A DNA stretch of 64,000 nucleotides from Octopus vulgaris (Eukaryota). The position numbers and the translations under genes were made by a program. Positions 13,526 through 25,532 of the stretch are shown here, in pieces. The stretch covers positions 181,722,001 through 181,786,000 of the forward strand of contig OX597814.1 in the NCBI GenBank assembly GCA_951406725.2, given 5' to 3'. The number at the start of each line of letters is the position of its first letter. The stretch's first letter is position 1. The notes under the pieces are model-generated. The model did no database searches. It was not told the origin of the DNA and was given only the letters and a program-made list of their open reading frames with translations.

Positions 13526-14615
13526 CTGGTGGTTAATTTCTATCCCCAACTTTTCTCAATGTGAATCCTTTCAGACGATGACTAAATCATTTCCCTATCC
13601 GAGGCAACAGCCATGGCTAGAAACTTTGAGTAACCGATGAGTTAGATATCCTTTTCGGATCGTGCATCTGATACAATCCTCCATATTTACATTGTTTTTT
13701 TCATATGTTTTAGTATTGGAGTTCGATAATTTTTTTTTTCTCTCGCTAAGTACTTTGAATAGATACTATTTGTTTTACACGAATGTGGAATCATTATATG
13801 TCTAGTTAACACCCACACGTACGCACAGAATTCATATTTGTTTAGTTAACACACACACACGCACACAGAATCCAAATTTTAACCAACACACACATGACAC
13901 ATACGCACGCACATGCATCCCCATACACGCGTAACTCTACCATAAATCTGGGCAAACATGAAGAAAAGGAAGGACTCAATACAAAATATAGAGTTCTGCA
14001 TTTATGGGGGAGGCGGTTTGCGACGCGCACGTGTGTGTGTATATTTATATAATATCAGTATGCCGTGTTACTACAATCACTTATATTTTCAGAACACGAT
14101 CTTTCGATAAAACCCAATATTTAACTAAAAATAAATATATTTTACAATAATATTGTCTACTATCAGCCTTGAAGGCAGTGCCCCCATAATGGCCGCAGTC
14201 CATGGAGACCAGTAATGTGTGTATATACACATACATGTTTACATATTTTTAAATATATGTGTGTATGTGTGTGTGTGTATGTACTTTATTTGTGGGTTAA
14301 AAATACGCACGTTTGTGTTTGTGTGTTCGTGCGTGCATGTGTGTCTAATAATTATATAGATAATTATGTTGTAACTGTAGTGAAAACAGGGTTTTGTGCA
14401 AAGGATTACACGCGAAAAGGCTAAAGAAAAGAGAAAAGATTTAGAGCGATAATGTACGCCGCGTTATATCAAGTTCAGCTAAGACTCGCGAGTCCTCTAT
14501 TGAAATACAACGATTTGAAAAAGAAAAATCAACTCTCAGTTTAAAAAAAATAAATAATTTTATATATTCAAGTTGTTTATTCGGTTAATCTTTTTGTTTT
14601 CATTATAAAAATAAG

Positions 14616-14646
<31 letters not shown>

Positions 14647-14865
14647 GCACACATATTTACTAACATATATGTGCGCGGTAACGTGGTTTATTCCTTCGAA
14701 GCTGATAAATCAGTCCATTTGTATACTCAGTTTTTGTACACAAAAAAAATCGTCTTTCATTCGCTTGCGTAATCAAGGAATCGATTATCAGCTACCAACG
14801 AATATATATATATAATACTCAGAGTTTCACGTTCCCGTTCGTTGGATAGTTGTGGTTTAGAATGG

Positions 14866-14930
<65 letters not shown>

Positions 14931-15740
14931 TTCAGAAACTTCGAGGGAATATGAACTTATTCTCTTTTAAAACAGTTTATTTAACTCGAAACAAATAAAG
15001 CTATGAAAGCTTATGAATATTGGATTAATTTCTTCTCAAATTCTTTCAATTTGCAATCTTTCTGACGATGGCAAAATCGTTTTAATGCCCATATAGTAAC
15101 TGAGCAATCGAGGAGTTAAATATACGTGTCTTCTTAAATTCGTTCGCTGTTTTAGTTTTCTCAGTTGAGAACATTTGTTACTCATGAAATATTATTTTCT
15201 CGCTGAGCATGTAAAACAATACCTGTATCACACGAACGTGAAATACCGGTTGAGTTATCACACACACGCGTGAATTAAAATGCATATCGAATTTCGAAAT
15301 ATAATAAATATCTGTCCATCCATCACAATTTCTAAATAACAATAGACATAATTAAAATATTCATAGCCTTTTCTCAAATTTTCTGTGTTCTGATTTTTTT
15401 TTTTTATAAAATGGGATTGGCTCATTTATCTTATGCTAAGGAGCTTTTTCTTATTATCATTATTAATAATAATAATAATATTAACGAGTTAAAGGAATAT
15501 GTGTATCTGTGTGTTCTGAATTTATTGCTTTTTTTACAAACAATTTCGACGTTTGCAGACGTAACGTTTCTGTGTCCTGTACGTCATCAGCGTACGGTTC
15601 ATACGTAACGAGAATATGCAAATGAGGGCGAAGTAATACATACATTCATGCATGCATACACACGTACTACGTATGTGTGTGTGTATTGTGTATACATAAA
15701 TTCATTATGTATGTATATACATATATATATATGTATATAC

Positions 15741-15800
<60 letters not shown>

Positions 15801-15807
<7 letters not shown>

Positions 15808-15954
15808 ATTATTATTACTATAACCGCAGCAGCAGTACTAACAATAGCAGTAGTAGCAGCAGCAGCAGTGGTCGTGGTAGAAAAAGAAATAATGGCAGTA
15901 ATTTATCAAATTTGCGTTACATATCTTGAATAAGCAAGAGATTATATGTATATG

Positions 15955-16008
<54 letters not shown>

Positions 16009-16415
16009 AAACAAAATAATAAATAAAACATATGCATATATACATATGTATATATACATGCATATATGGGTACAGGACACCAAAAAAAAAAAACGTAGAA
16101 CACAATGAGAAGCGAAAACATGGAAACGAACTTTTTTCATACAACGAAAAAACAGAGTACAAGACATACAACACAAGGAATATTCCACTTCTTCAGTCGC
16201 CCGTTTCGACTACTCATATATAAACGGGCAACTGAAGAAGCGGAATATTCTTTGTGTTGTATGTCTTGTACTCTGTTTTTTCGTTGTTTGAAAAAAAGTT
16301 CGTTTCCATGTTTTCGCTTCTCATTGTGTTCTACGTTTTTTTTTGGTGTCCTGTACCCATATATGCATGTATATATACATATGTATATATGCATATGTTT
16401 TATTTATTATTTTGT

Positions 16416-16471
<56 letters not shown>

Positions 16472-16626
16472 CATATACATATAATCTCTTGCTTATTCAA
16501 GGTATGTAACCCAAATTTGATAAATTACCGCCATTAGTTCTTTTTCTACCACGACCACTGCTGTTGCTGCTACTACTGCTATTGTTACTACTGCTGCTGC
16601 GGTTATAGTAATAATACTACTAACTA
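15801..16626. repeat. ~825-bp quasi-palindrome (~405-bp arms, ~15-nt loop at 16208-16222)
   Basis: The arms are reverse complements, including internal (TC)n(TA)n tracts and flanking (GCA/GTA) repeats, with scattered substitutions. Confidence 0.95.
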
Positions 16627-18169
16627 TTATAATGTATGCCGTACGCTCGTAACCGGGAGAAAGAGAATTGTCGATTAAACGCACTTTAGTACTCGGCAGG
16701 TACTTTATTTTATCCACTCCGTGCGGGATGAAAGGCGAAATTGACAATAATGTTGAACTATTTTATTATCATTGCCACAAGGACGGCAAATATAATAATT
16801 TTTTTTTAAATACCACCCTATTTTTAATAAAGCTACTATTTGATCACAACCATTAGCGTTCATGTCACCATTATGAACTCTACGATCACCATCACCACTA
16901 CCATCCCAGCCTTACTACTTCTACTATTACTACTACTACTGCTGGTGTCACTACTACTACTGCACTGTTACTACTGCCTCTCCTTCTCTTCCTACTACTA
17001 CTACTACTACCACTACCACATAATAATAATCGTGACTACGGTTATGCTTATTATTATTATCAGTGAAGCCACCATCAGCAAGACTCAAAGATGGAAGCCC
17101 TCCGAATGATCGCTCTATCAACTAGAAATAGCACCAACTAAATTTCCTCCAAATTATATTCTATCGTTAAATAAAGTGAGACTTATTGGAAAATGCAGTT
17201 GTAGGTATATAATTATTGAGAAACAAAAACAAAAAATAGGAAGGTATGATTACGGATGGAGGGGTTTTCGTCGTAATTAACTCGATCAGAACGGACTTGG
17301 GACTAACCAGCGACGAAATATGCTTCTACGTTGTCGCTTGATCTGCTTGACAACGGATCAGGTAATCCATTTATAGTCTCTAATAAAAATAGAAATAAAA
17401 GCAGATACGATGGTTACGACTGGTCTATTAGATTAATCTTGAGGCTAAACTACAATATTATCGCCATTATTACAGATAACACTAACCTAATTCAGTGCCT
17501 GCTATTTAACACAACCATCATCATCATCACCACTATCATTAATGTGTTCGAATCCATCTTCACTACAACTGCTGTATAAAATAGCATGTCCTCACCTATA
17601 CACCGCCATTATCTAGATATGCAATACCATCATCACTACCAACACTATATAACCTTACCACTTCCTCTTTTTCCTCTTCCTCCTCCACTTCCTCTTCTCT
17701 TCCTTCTTCCACCACTGTTGTATTAAAGTACTATTTCCTCCGCCACGATCAATGCATCAAATGCCACTTCTTCGATATCCATTACCACCAACACCATCGC
17801 CTCCACCACCAATACCACCACCAATACCACCGTCTTTGCCATCAACACCGCTGTCGCCACTGTCACCAATGTCACCATCTCCACCACCGCCATCATCAAT
17901 GACAACAACAACTGTTTCACCACTACCACTACTGTATCATATGCTATTTAAATGGCGGGGAGTTAGTAGAATCGCTGGAGTATCAGAGAAAATGCCTTAG
18001 TTCAACTTTGCCTTTTTTTTTCATGCTTTTGAGAGACGATAAAATTAAACTACCAATCAAGTACTAAAGTCGATGGCATCTCTTTAACATTGATGGCCTT
18101 ATGCTAAAATTAGAAGCCTTTAAATTAGAAATCTTAAATTAGAAACCTTTCGCTAACCACTACTCTTAC

Positions 18170-18950
18170 TGTTAAATACAATTTTTTTCTCTCACTCTTA
18201 CCACCACCACCAATTATTTAATACCATTTTCCCCACCATCACCAAAATTAAAACCATTTTCTCCACTCCCACCACTACTATTAAATTCCATCTTCTCCAC
18301 CATCATCGCCAATATTAAATACAATTTCACCACCACCGCTATAAGATACCATTTCCCCCACCACTATTAAATACCATTTTCCCCACCACCACCACCATTA
18401 AATACAATTTTCTCCACCACCACCACCATAAAATACTATTTTCTTCACTGCCACCACTGCTATTAAATGCCATTTTCTCCACCACCACTATTTTCGTTAA
18501 ATACCATTTTCTCTACCACTACCAATATTAAACTATCTTCTCCACTACCGCCATCACCACTAATAAATTTTGGTACGAGACCAGCAAATTCGGAGGAGGA
18601 ATAAGTCGATACATTGACCCTAGTGTACAACTGGTAAGTTATTTTATCGATCTCCGAAAGGATGAAAGACAAAGTCGATCCAGGCTGTATTTGAATTCAG
18701 TACGTAAAGTCGGTAGAAATGCCGCTAAACATTTTCCCGGGCGCGGTAACCATTCTGCCCGCTCGCCGCCTTGATCACCACCAATATTAAAGTACCATTT
18801 TATCCACCATCACAACTATTAAATACCATTTTCCCCACTACCACCAATAAATACCGTTTCCCCCACCACCACCTCTAGTATTAAATACCATTTTCTCCAC
18901 TATTACCCACCGCCACCAATACCATCACCACGACTTTTGTATTAAATTCC
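18170..18950. repeat. Degenerate ~30-bp minisatellite (TATTAAATACCATTTTCYCCACCACCAC), interrupted by a SINE at ~18570-18775 (-)
   Basis: The motif recurs more than 10 times; related copies are at ~8850-9120. Confidence 0.7.
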
Positions 18951-19032
18951 ATTTCCTTAACAATTACTACAACTGTGTCAAGTAACATATCCTCCACTAT
19001 CATTATCTCTAAATTCAATACTATTATCACGG

Positions 19033-19350
19033 GAGGTGCAATGGCCCAGTGGTTAGGGCAGCGGACTCGCGGTCATAGGATCGCGGTTTCGATTCCCAGA
19101 CCGGGCGTTTTGAGTGTTTATGGAGCGAAAACATACGAGGCTCCGGCAGGGGATGGTGGTGATCCCTGCTGTACTCTTTCACCACAACTTTCTCTCACTC
19201 TTACTTCCTGTTTCTGTTGTACCTGTATTTCAAGGGGCCGGCCTTGTCACTCTCTGTGTCACGTGTCACGTTAATTTCACGAGCAGGCTGTTCCGTTGAT
19301 TCGGATCAACCGGAACCCTCATCGTCGTAACCGACGGAGTGCTTCCATCC
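19033..19350 (+). mobile_element. tRNA-derived SINE (same head as 2278-2580, different 3' end)
   Basis: A/B boxes; direct repeat ACTATTATCACGG at 19020-19032 and 19351-19363. Confidence 0.85.
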
Positions 19351-20027
19351 ACTATTATCACGGTAATGAATATAATTTCTTTCATCGTTATCACTGTATC
19401 GATGTCACCAATATTACTGTATTAAATATCAACTACCGTCGCTATCATTGTATTCAATACTAACCACTGCCACAAGCGTACTACTTCTACCACGATCACT
19501 ATCAAATGTACTACTTCTATCACGATCACTATCTTTATCAAATGTCAGTTCTTCCACCATAATGATCAGCGTAGTCAAAATCACCGATGGGTCTTCGTCG
19601 TTTCACATAGAAGTCTCACTTTTTCGATCATCGACTGAATTTCCTACTCCTAAATTAACAAACAAGTGACTAAAAGAGGCATAGGCAACCTTTTTAGAGA
19701 AGCGGGCCGCATGACACGTGGATCATCATCAGGCGGACTATACTACGAAAATATTTCAAGGTAATTCTTAGTTGGGCGTGTCCAACAAAATTTCACTCAC
19801 CACTAGTTTTCAGGTTTGATTCTACTGCGTAGCACCTTGGGCAGATGTCATTTTCTGTAGCCTCGGAGAGACATATTGCCGATATAAACCCAGGCACTAG
19901 TTATATTTCACTTTTGTTATTGTTGTCGTTTTTAACATTAATCAACTACAGTTCTATATTTAAGAGATGAGGAATTATGTACATTATTTACATTTGACGG
20001 ATATTTGTCCTCATCTTGTGTGTTGTT

Positions 20028-20073
20028 AACACAACGTTTCGGCTGATATACCCTCCAGCCTTCTTCAGGTGTC
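20028..20073 (-). ncRNA. Minimal type I hammerhead ribozyme motif
   Basis: Minus strand GACAC-CTGAAGA-a-GGCTG-gagggtatat-CAGCC-GAAAC-GTT-GTGTT: stem I GACAC/GTGTT, stem II GGCTG/CAGCC, loopless palindromic ACGT at stem III. Confidence 0.75.
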
Positions 20074-20463
20074 TCGGGGAACTTTCGAACCTGGGTTCTC
20101 ATTCCTGAAGTATTTTTCGATGTTGCTGTTGTTATTATTGTTGTTGTTATTATCATTATTATAATTCTTTAAATGTCAACGCAGTCCACATTTTTTTATG
20201 CGAGATGTCATCTAAGAGCACACGGTAGAGAAAAATTGCCATACTTTCTCTACTTAGGGAAAATACACTAAGCTTTTAAGCACTCTTCCCCATGGAGATC
20301 TGATGAAGAAAACTACAAATAAAATTTTAAAATTCCTTTGGAGAAATTTTTAAAAAAAGGATAAAGCGACGAAAGGTGTGACTCGTCCAGTTAGAACATA
20401 GAAGAAGAAGAAGGAGAAGACGAAGAAGAAGACGAAGAAGAAGAAGAAGAAGAAGAAGAAGAA

Positions 20464-20514
<51 letters not shown>

Positions 20515-20639
20515 CATCATCATTATTATTTTTCAGGTCACTGCCTGGAATCGAACTCGGAATCTTGGGGTTAGTAGCCCCAAGAGCGCGGGCTACTAAC
20601 CCCAAGATTCCGAGTTCGATTCCAGGCAGTGACCTGAAA

Positions 20640-20682
<43 letters not shown>

Positions 20683-20732
20683 CAGCGAAAATATCTTAGG
20701 AATGAGAATCCAGGTTCGAAATTTCCTCCAAG

Positions 20733-20778
20733 GCCACCTGATGAAGGCTGGAGGGTACATCAGCCGAAACGTTGTGTT
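20733..20778 (+). ncRNA. Minimal type I hammerhead ribozyme motif
   Basis: CTGATGA at 20738-20744; GGCTG/CAGCC stem; GAAAC at 20766-20770, then GTT-GTGTT. Confidence 0.75.
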
Positions 20779-21894
20779 AACAACGAACAAGATGAGGACA
20801 AATATCCGTCAAATGTAAATAATGTATCAGTCAACTAGTTAATACTAAAATGTTTGAACAATTAGTCGGTTCACAAGTATCCTGTCGACGCCGTCTGTAA
20901 CTTCATAAATTACGTGCTTTCGTCTACTCTACGCATGAGAGTATATCTTCAATGAGGACACAGGCGGCTGCGAAAGTATTCTTGAAGTCGCAGACGGCTA
21001 GCTACAAAAGGACACCGACTGATTGGTTAACTGATTGATTGAGTGGGTGAAGAAATAATTGGTTAAATGTTGACAAATAAAAAAAGAAAGAAAAAAGAAG
21101 CTAAATATAACCAGTGTGTGTTATCATATTGACAAAATAGCCCTTTCGATTTTCAAAGACTGTTTAACATGCGGTGGTGATGTAAAAAAGTGTAAGTAAA
21201 TTGCGATAGATACCAGAAGTAGTGAAATCCCATCATTTCATCATATTTATATAGCATGAAAACATTTCATAGAACGTTCATATATTTTTTCACCCTTTTC
21301 CCTTATTTATACAGATACGGGATAAATGAAGCAACTCTAGTTTAGCACTATCACCTGAGTTTTGTTCTTGGCAATTATACACCACTCTTGAGTAGTCTGT
21401 ACATAGCAGTTGTTTTCAACTCCATTTCCGGTCACGTGTAAATCGCGAGTCTATCTTGCGTGCAGACCCCATTTCAACCAATCAGGAATTTTTTGTTCAC
21501 GTGATAATTGTTAGAACTTTCCTTCAAAGAAGGACTTCTAGCGCGAAGGACCAGAGGGAATTGGAACCCCATTGGTTACGGTCTCTGGCGAGTCCCTCTC
21601 TCGACCTGTTTTCACAGCGCGATTCTCCTAATAGCTGTTCTCACAGTTCTATACCAAACCCGGAGATGGATGATGAATCAACGCAACTATACATAATTGC
21701 AACAATCTGAAGAATCACTTTAATTATCTCCGGCACCTCAAAACACGATGTTCATACAAGATTACTTTGTCATAACCAACTCTACAGATCTTGTTAGATC
21801 AACAAAATTTAAAGAATGGTTCGCAACTTCACAATTATATATATGTAACCTAAACTCATATAGGAAGTCTATCCATCGGATATCAAATGCACCA

Positions 21895-22071
21895 CTCAAT
21901 AAACACTCACAACACCCGGTCTGGGAATCGAAACCGCGATCCTATGACCGCGAGTCCGTTGCCCTACCCACTGGGCCATTGCGCCTCCTGTGATAATAGT
22001 ATTGAATATAGAGATAATGATAGTGGAGGATATGTTACTTGACACAGTTGTAGTAATTGTTAAGGAAATGG
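21895..22071 (-). repeat. Inverted copy of 18949-19126 (SINE head plus its upstream flank)
   Basis: Reverse-complement match that includes ~80 bp of non-SINE flank. Confidence 0.9.
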
Positions 22072-22480
22072 GTATCAAAACGGAAAAACCGTGTAATAGC
22101 TGTGATTTCTGTACACAGTAATCACTTTCACGGCTCTGCAAAGTGTTTATAACTCCAGCCGTGTATAAATATTATTGCTTTGTAAATCAATGTATCCCTA
22201 ACTTTTTCATTACTGTTTTGAGTTCAAATAATGCCGAAGTCAACTTTACATTTCATTCCTCAGAAGTTGATATAAACTGATTGTTCCCTCTCTCGAAATT
22301 TCTGGCCTTGTACCTACGTAGATTGGCAGAAGAGCGGTGGTTTGGCGGAATCGTTAGAACGTTCTGATATTTTATATTCTGAGTTCAAATCCCACTGGGG
22401 CTAAGATTGTCTTTCATTCTTCCGAGGTCAATAAAATAAAGTACCAGTCATGTACTGTGTCAATTCTGGCCTTATCTAAA

Positions 22481-22796
22481 TTCTTCTTCTTCTTCTTCTT
22501 CTTCTTCTTCTTCTTCTTCTTCTTCTTCTTCTTCTTCTTCTTCTTCTTCTTCTTCTTCTTCTTCTATGTTCTAACTGGACGAGTCACCTATCGTCGCTTT
22601 ATTCTTTTTTAAAAAATTTCTCCAAAGGAATTTTAAAATTTTATTTGTAGTTTTCTTCATCAGATCTCCATGGGAAAGAGTGCTTAAAAGCTTAGTGTAT
22701 TTTCCCTAAGTAGAGAAAGTATGGCAATTTTTCTCTACCGTGTGCTCTTAGATGACATCTCGCATAAAAAAATGTGGACTGCGTTGACATTTAAAG
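22481..22796. repeat. Segment present in inverted form at 20167-20463
   Basis: Near-identical reverse complement, including the (TTC)n/(GAA)n tract. Confidence 0.95.
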
Positions 22797-22999
22797 AGAA
22801 AGCAGCCTTGACATATACTTGCGATTCCTCGGAGGCTGACACTTGTCGAGAAAATGTGCTTTTGGTTGAGCAATTTTCAGAGAAATTTTGTAGCAATAGA
22901 ATCACCAAAAACATGCCTGGCAGAAACAATAAGAGCATAACAACACCACCTCTTAAGTCGACCGAATACTACAGAAGAAGGAAAAACAGCATTATCTTC

Positions 23000-23417
23000 G
23001 GATCTTTTCGGTTTGAACGGCAGTTTTTTCTAGCGGAGTCATATGAAAATGTCACCCATAATTATGACCCTAGTATCGATCTATTGCATTTCAATCTCTT
23101 TTAGGGTTAGGGTTAGGGGTGGGGGGAAGGATATCTTTTTTTTTCAGAAATGTAAATAAACCCAATCTGTTTCTTAAACGAGGGACATATTCATACGGCA
23201 CAAAATGTTTTTTCACCTCAATAGACGTCATTGATTGGTTGAAATTGTAGAAATTGAAGAAAAAAACAACAAATATCTTACAAACTATAGAATTTTCTCA
23301 ATAAAGCCAAGAGAAAAAGATGTTTCATAAACACATTCTACCAGTATACGAAGTTTAAAAGTGTTTAGTTACGTGGAAAATTATTTTAAAAAACTGCCGT
23401 TCAAACCGAAAAGATCC
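23000..23417. mobile_element. MITE, Merlin-like (GG-starting TIR, 8-bp TSD)
   Basis: TIR GGATCTTTTCGGTTTGAACGGCAGTTTTT; TSD TTATCTTC/TAATCTTC. Confidence 0.85.
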
Positions 23418-23998
23418 TAATCTTCATCACCAAAACCATCTCTATCACTGCTCCCACTATGGTATCTAACGACACCAACAACAACAACGCAAATATAACT
23501 TGCATCAATAACAACTCCTCGCCTGTGACTACTGACTTAGTGAAAGAAAACTGGTTAACATACAGTTCGTCGCCGTAAAAAGTGAAAGTAAATTGTCCTT
23601 AAAAAACGGCAATGATATACTAACATTTGATAAAAAGAGCGAAAAGAACTCCATACCCGCTTGCACGCGTGAAGTACTTTGGCCTGTTACAAGGCATTGG
23701 AACACTTTTGATATTCGATGGGTGGCTTCATATGTGGGTCTCAACAACTCCTAAACTCATAAATTTGTCAACCATTCCCTCGATTTCGTTGTTCCAAACG
23801 ATGGCTGTATACATACATAGGCTACAGAAAGGAGATAAATGCTCGCCAAAAAGAAACTTAAGCAACAATGTGGGACTTGTAGTGAAGAAAGTCTGTCGTC
23901 ATTTCCATTTTGTAGGACAATTTATTTCCACTTTTTTACGTCGTAAACTGCACGTTAATCGACAGTAACGTTACAACAGTTACTGTCAACAACATTGC

Positions 23999-24406
23999 GG
24001 ATCTTTTCGGTTTGAACGGCAGTTTTTAAAAATAATTTCCACGTAACTAAACACTTTTAAACTTCGTGTACTGGTAGAATGTGTTTATAAAACATCTTTT
24101 TCTCTTGGCCTTATTGAGAAAATTATATAGTTTGTAAGATATTTGTTGGGTTTTTTTCTTCAATTTCTGCAATTTCAACCAATCAGTGACGTCCATTGAG
24201 GTAAAAAAAACATTCTGTGCCGTATGAATATGTCCCTCGTTTAAGAAACAGATTAGGTTTATTTACATTTGTGAAGAAAAAAGATACCCTCCCCCCTAAC
24301 CCTAAAAGAGATTGAAATGCAATAGATCGATACTAGGGTCATAATTATGGGTGACAATTTCATATGACACCGCTAGAAAAAACTGCCGTTCAAACCGAAA
24401 AGATCC
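23999..24406. mobile_element. Second copy of the same MITE, opposite orientation
   Basis: Same TIRs; exact 8-bp TSD AACATTGC (23991-23998, 24407-24414). Confidence 0.9.
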
Positions 24407-24909
24407 AACATTGCTTCCACCTAACCCTCCACATTCACACTATCAAATGTAGCACGTTTATCGCTGTTATCCACACCAACATAAACAAAGCCAAGTCATT
24501 TATAAGAATCACACAACCGTGAATAGAGCATTCGTTTCCCGACAAGGGAGAGTTCAGGTAGAAATATAAATACTACATAGTTAAACCTGACTTGCTCGCA
24601 TTACCAAAAGTGAAAAAGGATGACATACGAAGAAGGGCTACAAATATCAACGGAAAGACTGTAACGGTTGACAGTTCTACACCCAGTACAAACCGAAAAT
24701 TATTGTGTAAAGGATATATGGGTTGTATATGCCACACGAGGCAGGAAAAGCAATATGGTTCGATACCTATACTTAAATGAAGAATTTAGAGAAATAGCTA
24801 CAAATACTTGTTCTTCTGATTAGTATTTAATTACTGCCGTCCTAAGGAGGCAAGAAATCGAGGTGACGTTCAGCAATGGACCATCTGGAATATATATGTA
24901 ACGATATTT

Positions 24910-25532
24910 GGATCTTTACCTTTTGACCTACAGATTTAAAAAATAATTTTTTGTAACTAAATACTTTCAAACTTCGGACACTGGTAGAATGTGTCATATA
25001 AAACATCTTTTACTTTTAGCATTTTTGAGAAAAACTTATATTTACGAAGTTATTTCACGTTAAAGTTGTCCTATTTCAGTAATTTCAACCAATCAATGAC
25101 GTGTATTCAGCTGAATAAAATTACTGCTGTTGTTTGTCAACAAGAACTTCCGGTGGTGTATATTTCGTTTGTCACTGTTATTTATGACAACCCTAACCCT
25201 AAAGCCCTAACCCCTGCCCTAAAACCCTAACCCTAACCCTAAAACCTTAAAACCAGTACAAACGCACGAACGATGTCATAGATAACAGTGACAAACGAAA
25301 AACACACCACCGATAGTTGTTGTTGACAAACAACAGCAGTAATTTTATTCAGCTGAATACACGTCATTGATTGGTTGAAATTACCGAAATACGAGAACTT
25401 TAACGTGAAATAACTTCGTAAATATAAGTTTTTCTCAAAAATACTTAGAGAATTCTACCAGTGTACGAAGTTTGAAAGTGTTTAGTTACAAAAAATTATT
25501 TTTTAAATCTGTAGGTCAAAAGGTAAAGATCC
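24910..25532. mobile_element. Related foldback MITE with ~280-bp arms and a (CCCTAA)n-like core
   Basis: TIR GGATCTTTACCTTTTGACCTACAGA; exact TSD CGATATTT (24902-24909, 25533-25540). Confidence 0.9.

Larger units (their letters stand above)
19948..20826. mobile_element. Head-to-head inverted pair of a tRNA-head / microsatellite / hammerhead element (copy 1)
   Basis: Left arm (-) 20580 to 19948 and right arm (+) 20590 to 20826. Perfect central hairpin at ~20529-20641. HHR cores at 20028-20073 (-) and 20733-20778 (+). Confidence 0.85.

Noticed and set aside
15556-15598. HHR-like CTGATGA...GAAACGTT on the minus strand
   Set aside because: Stem II does not pair convincingly and stem I is at most 3 bp.
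20581-20636. tRNA gene
   Set aside because: Only anticodon- and T-arm-like parts are present, with no acceptor stem or D-arm; treated as a SINE-like head. The same applies to the heads at 2281 and 19033.
25189-25245. Telomere or chromosome-fusion relic
   Set aside because: A short degenerate tract lying inside a MITE with TSDs.
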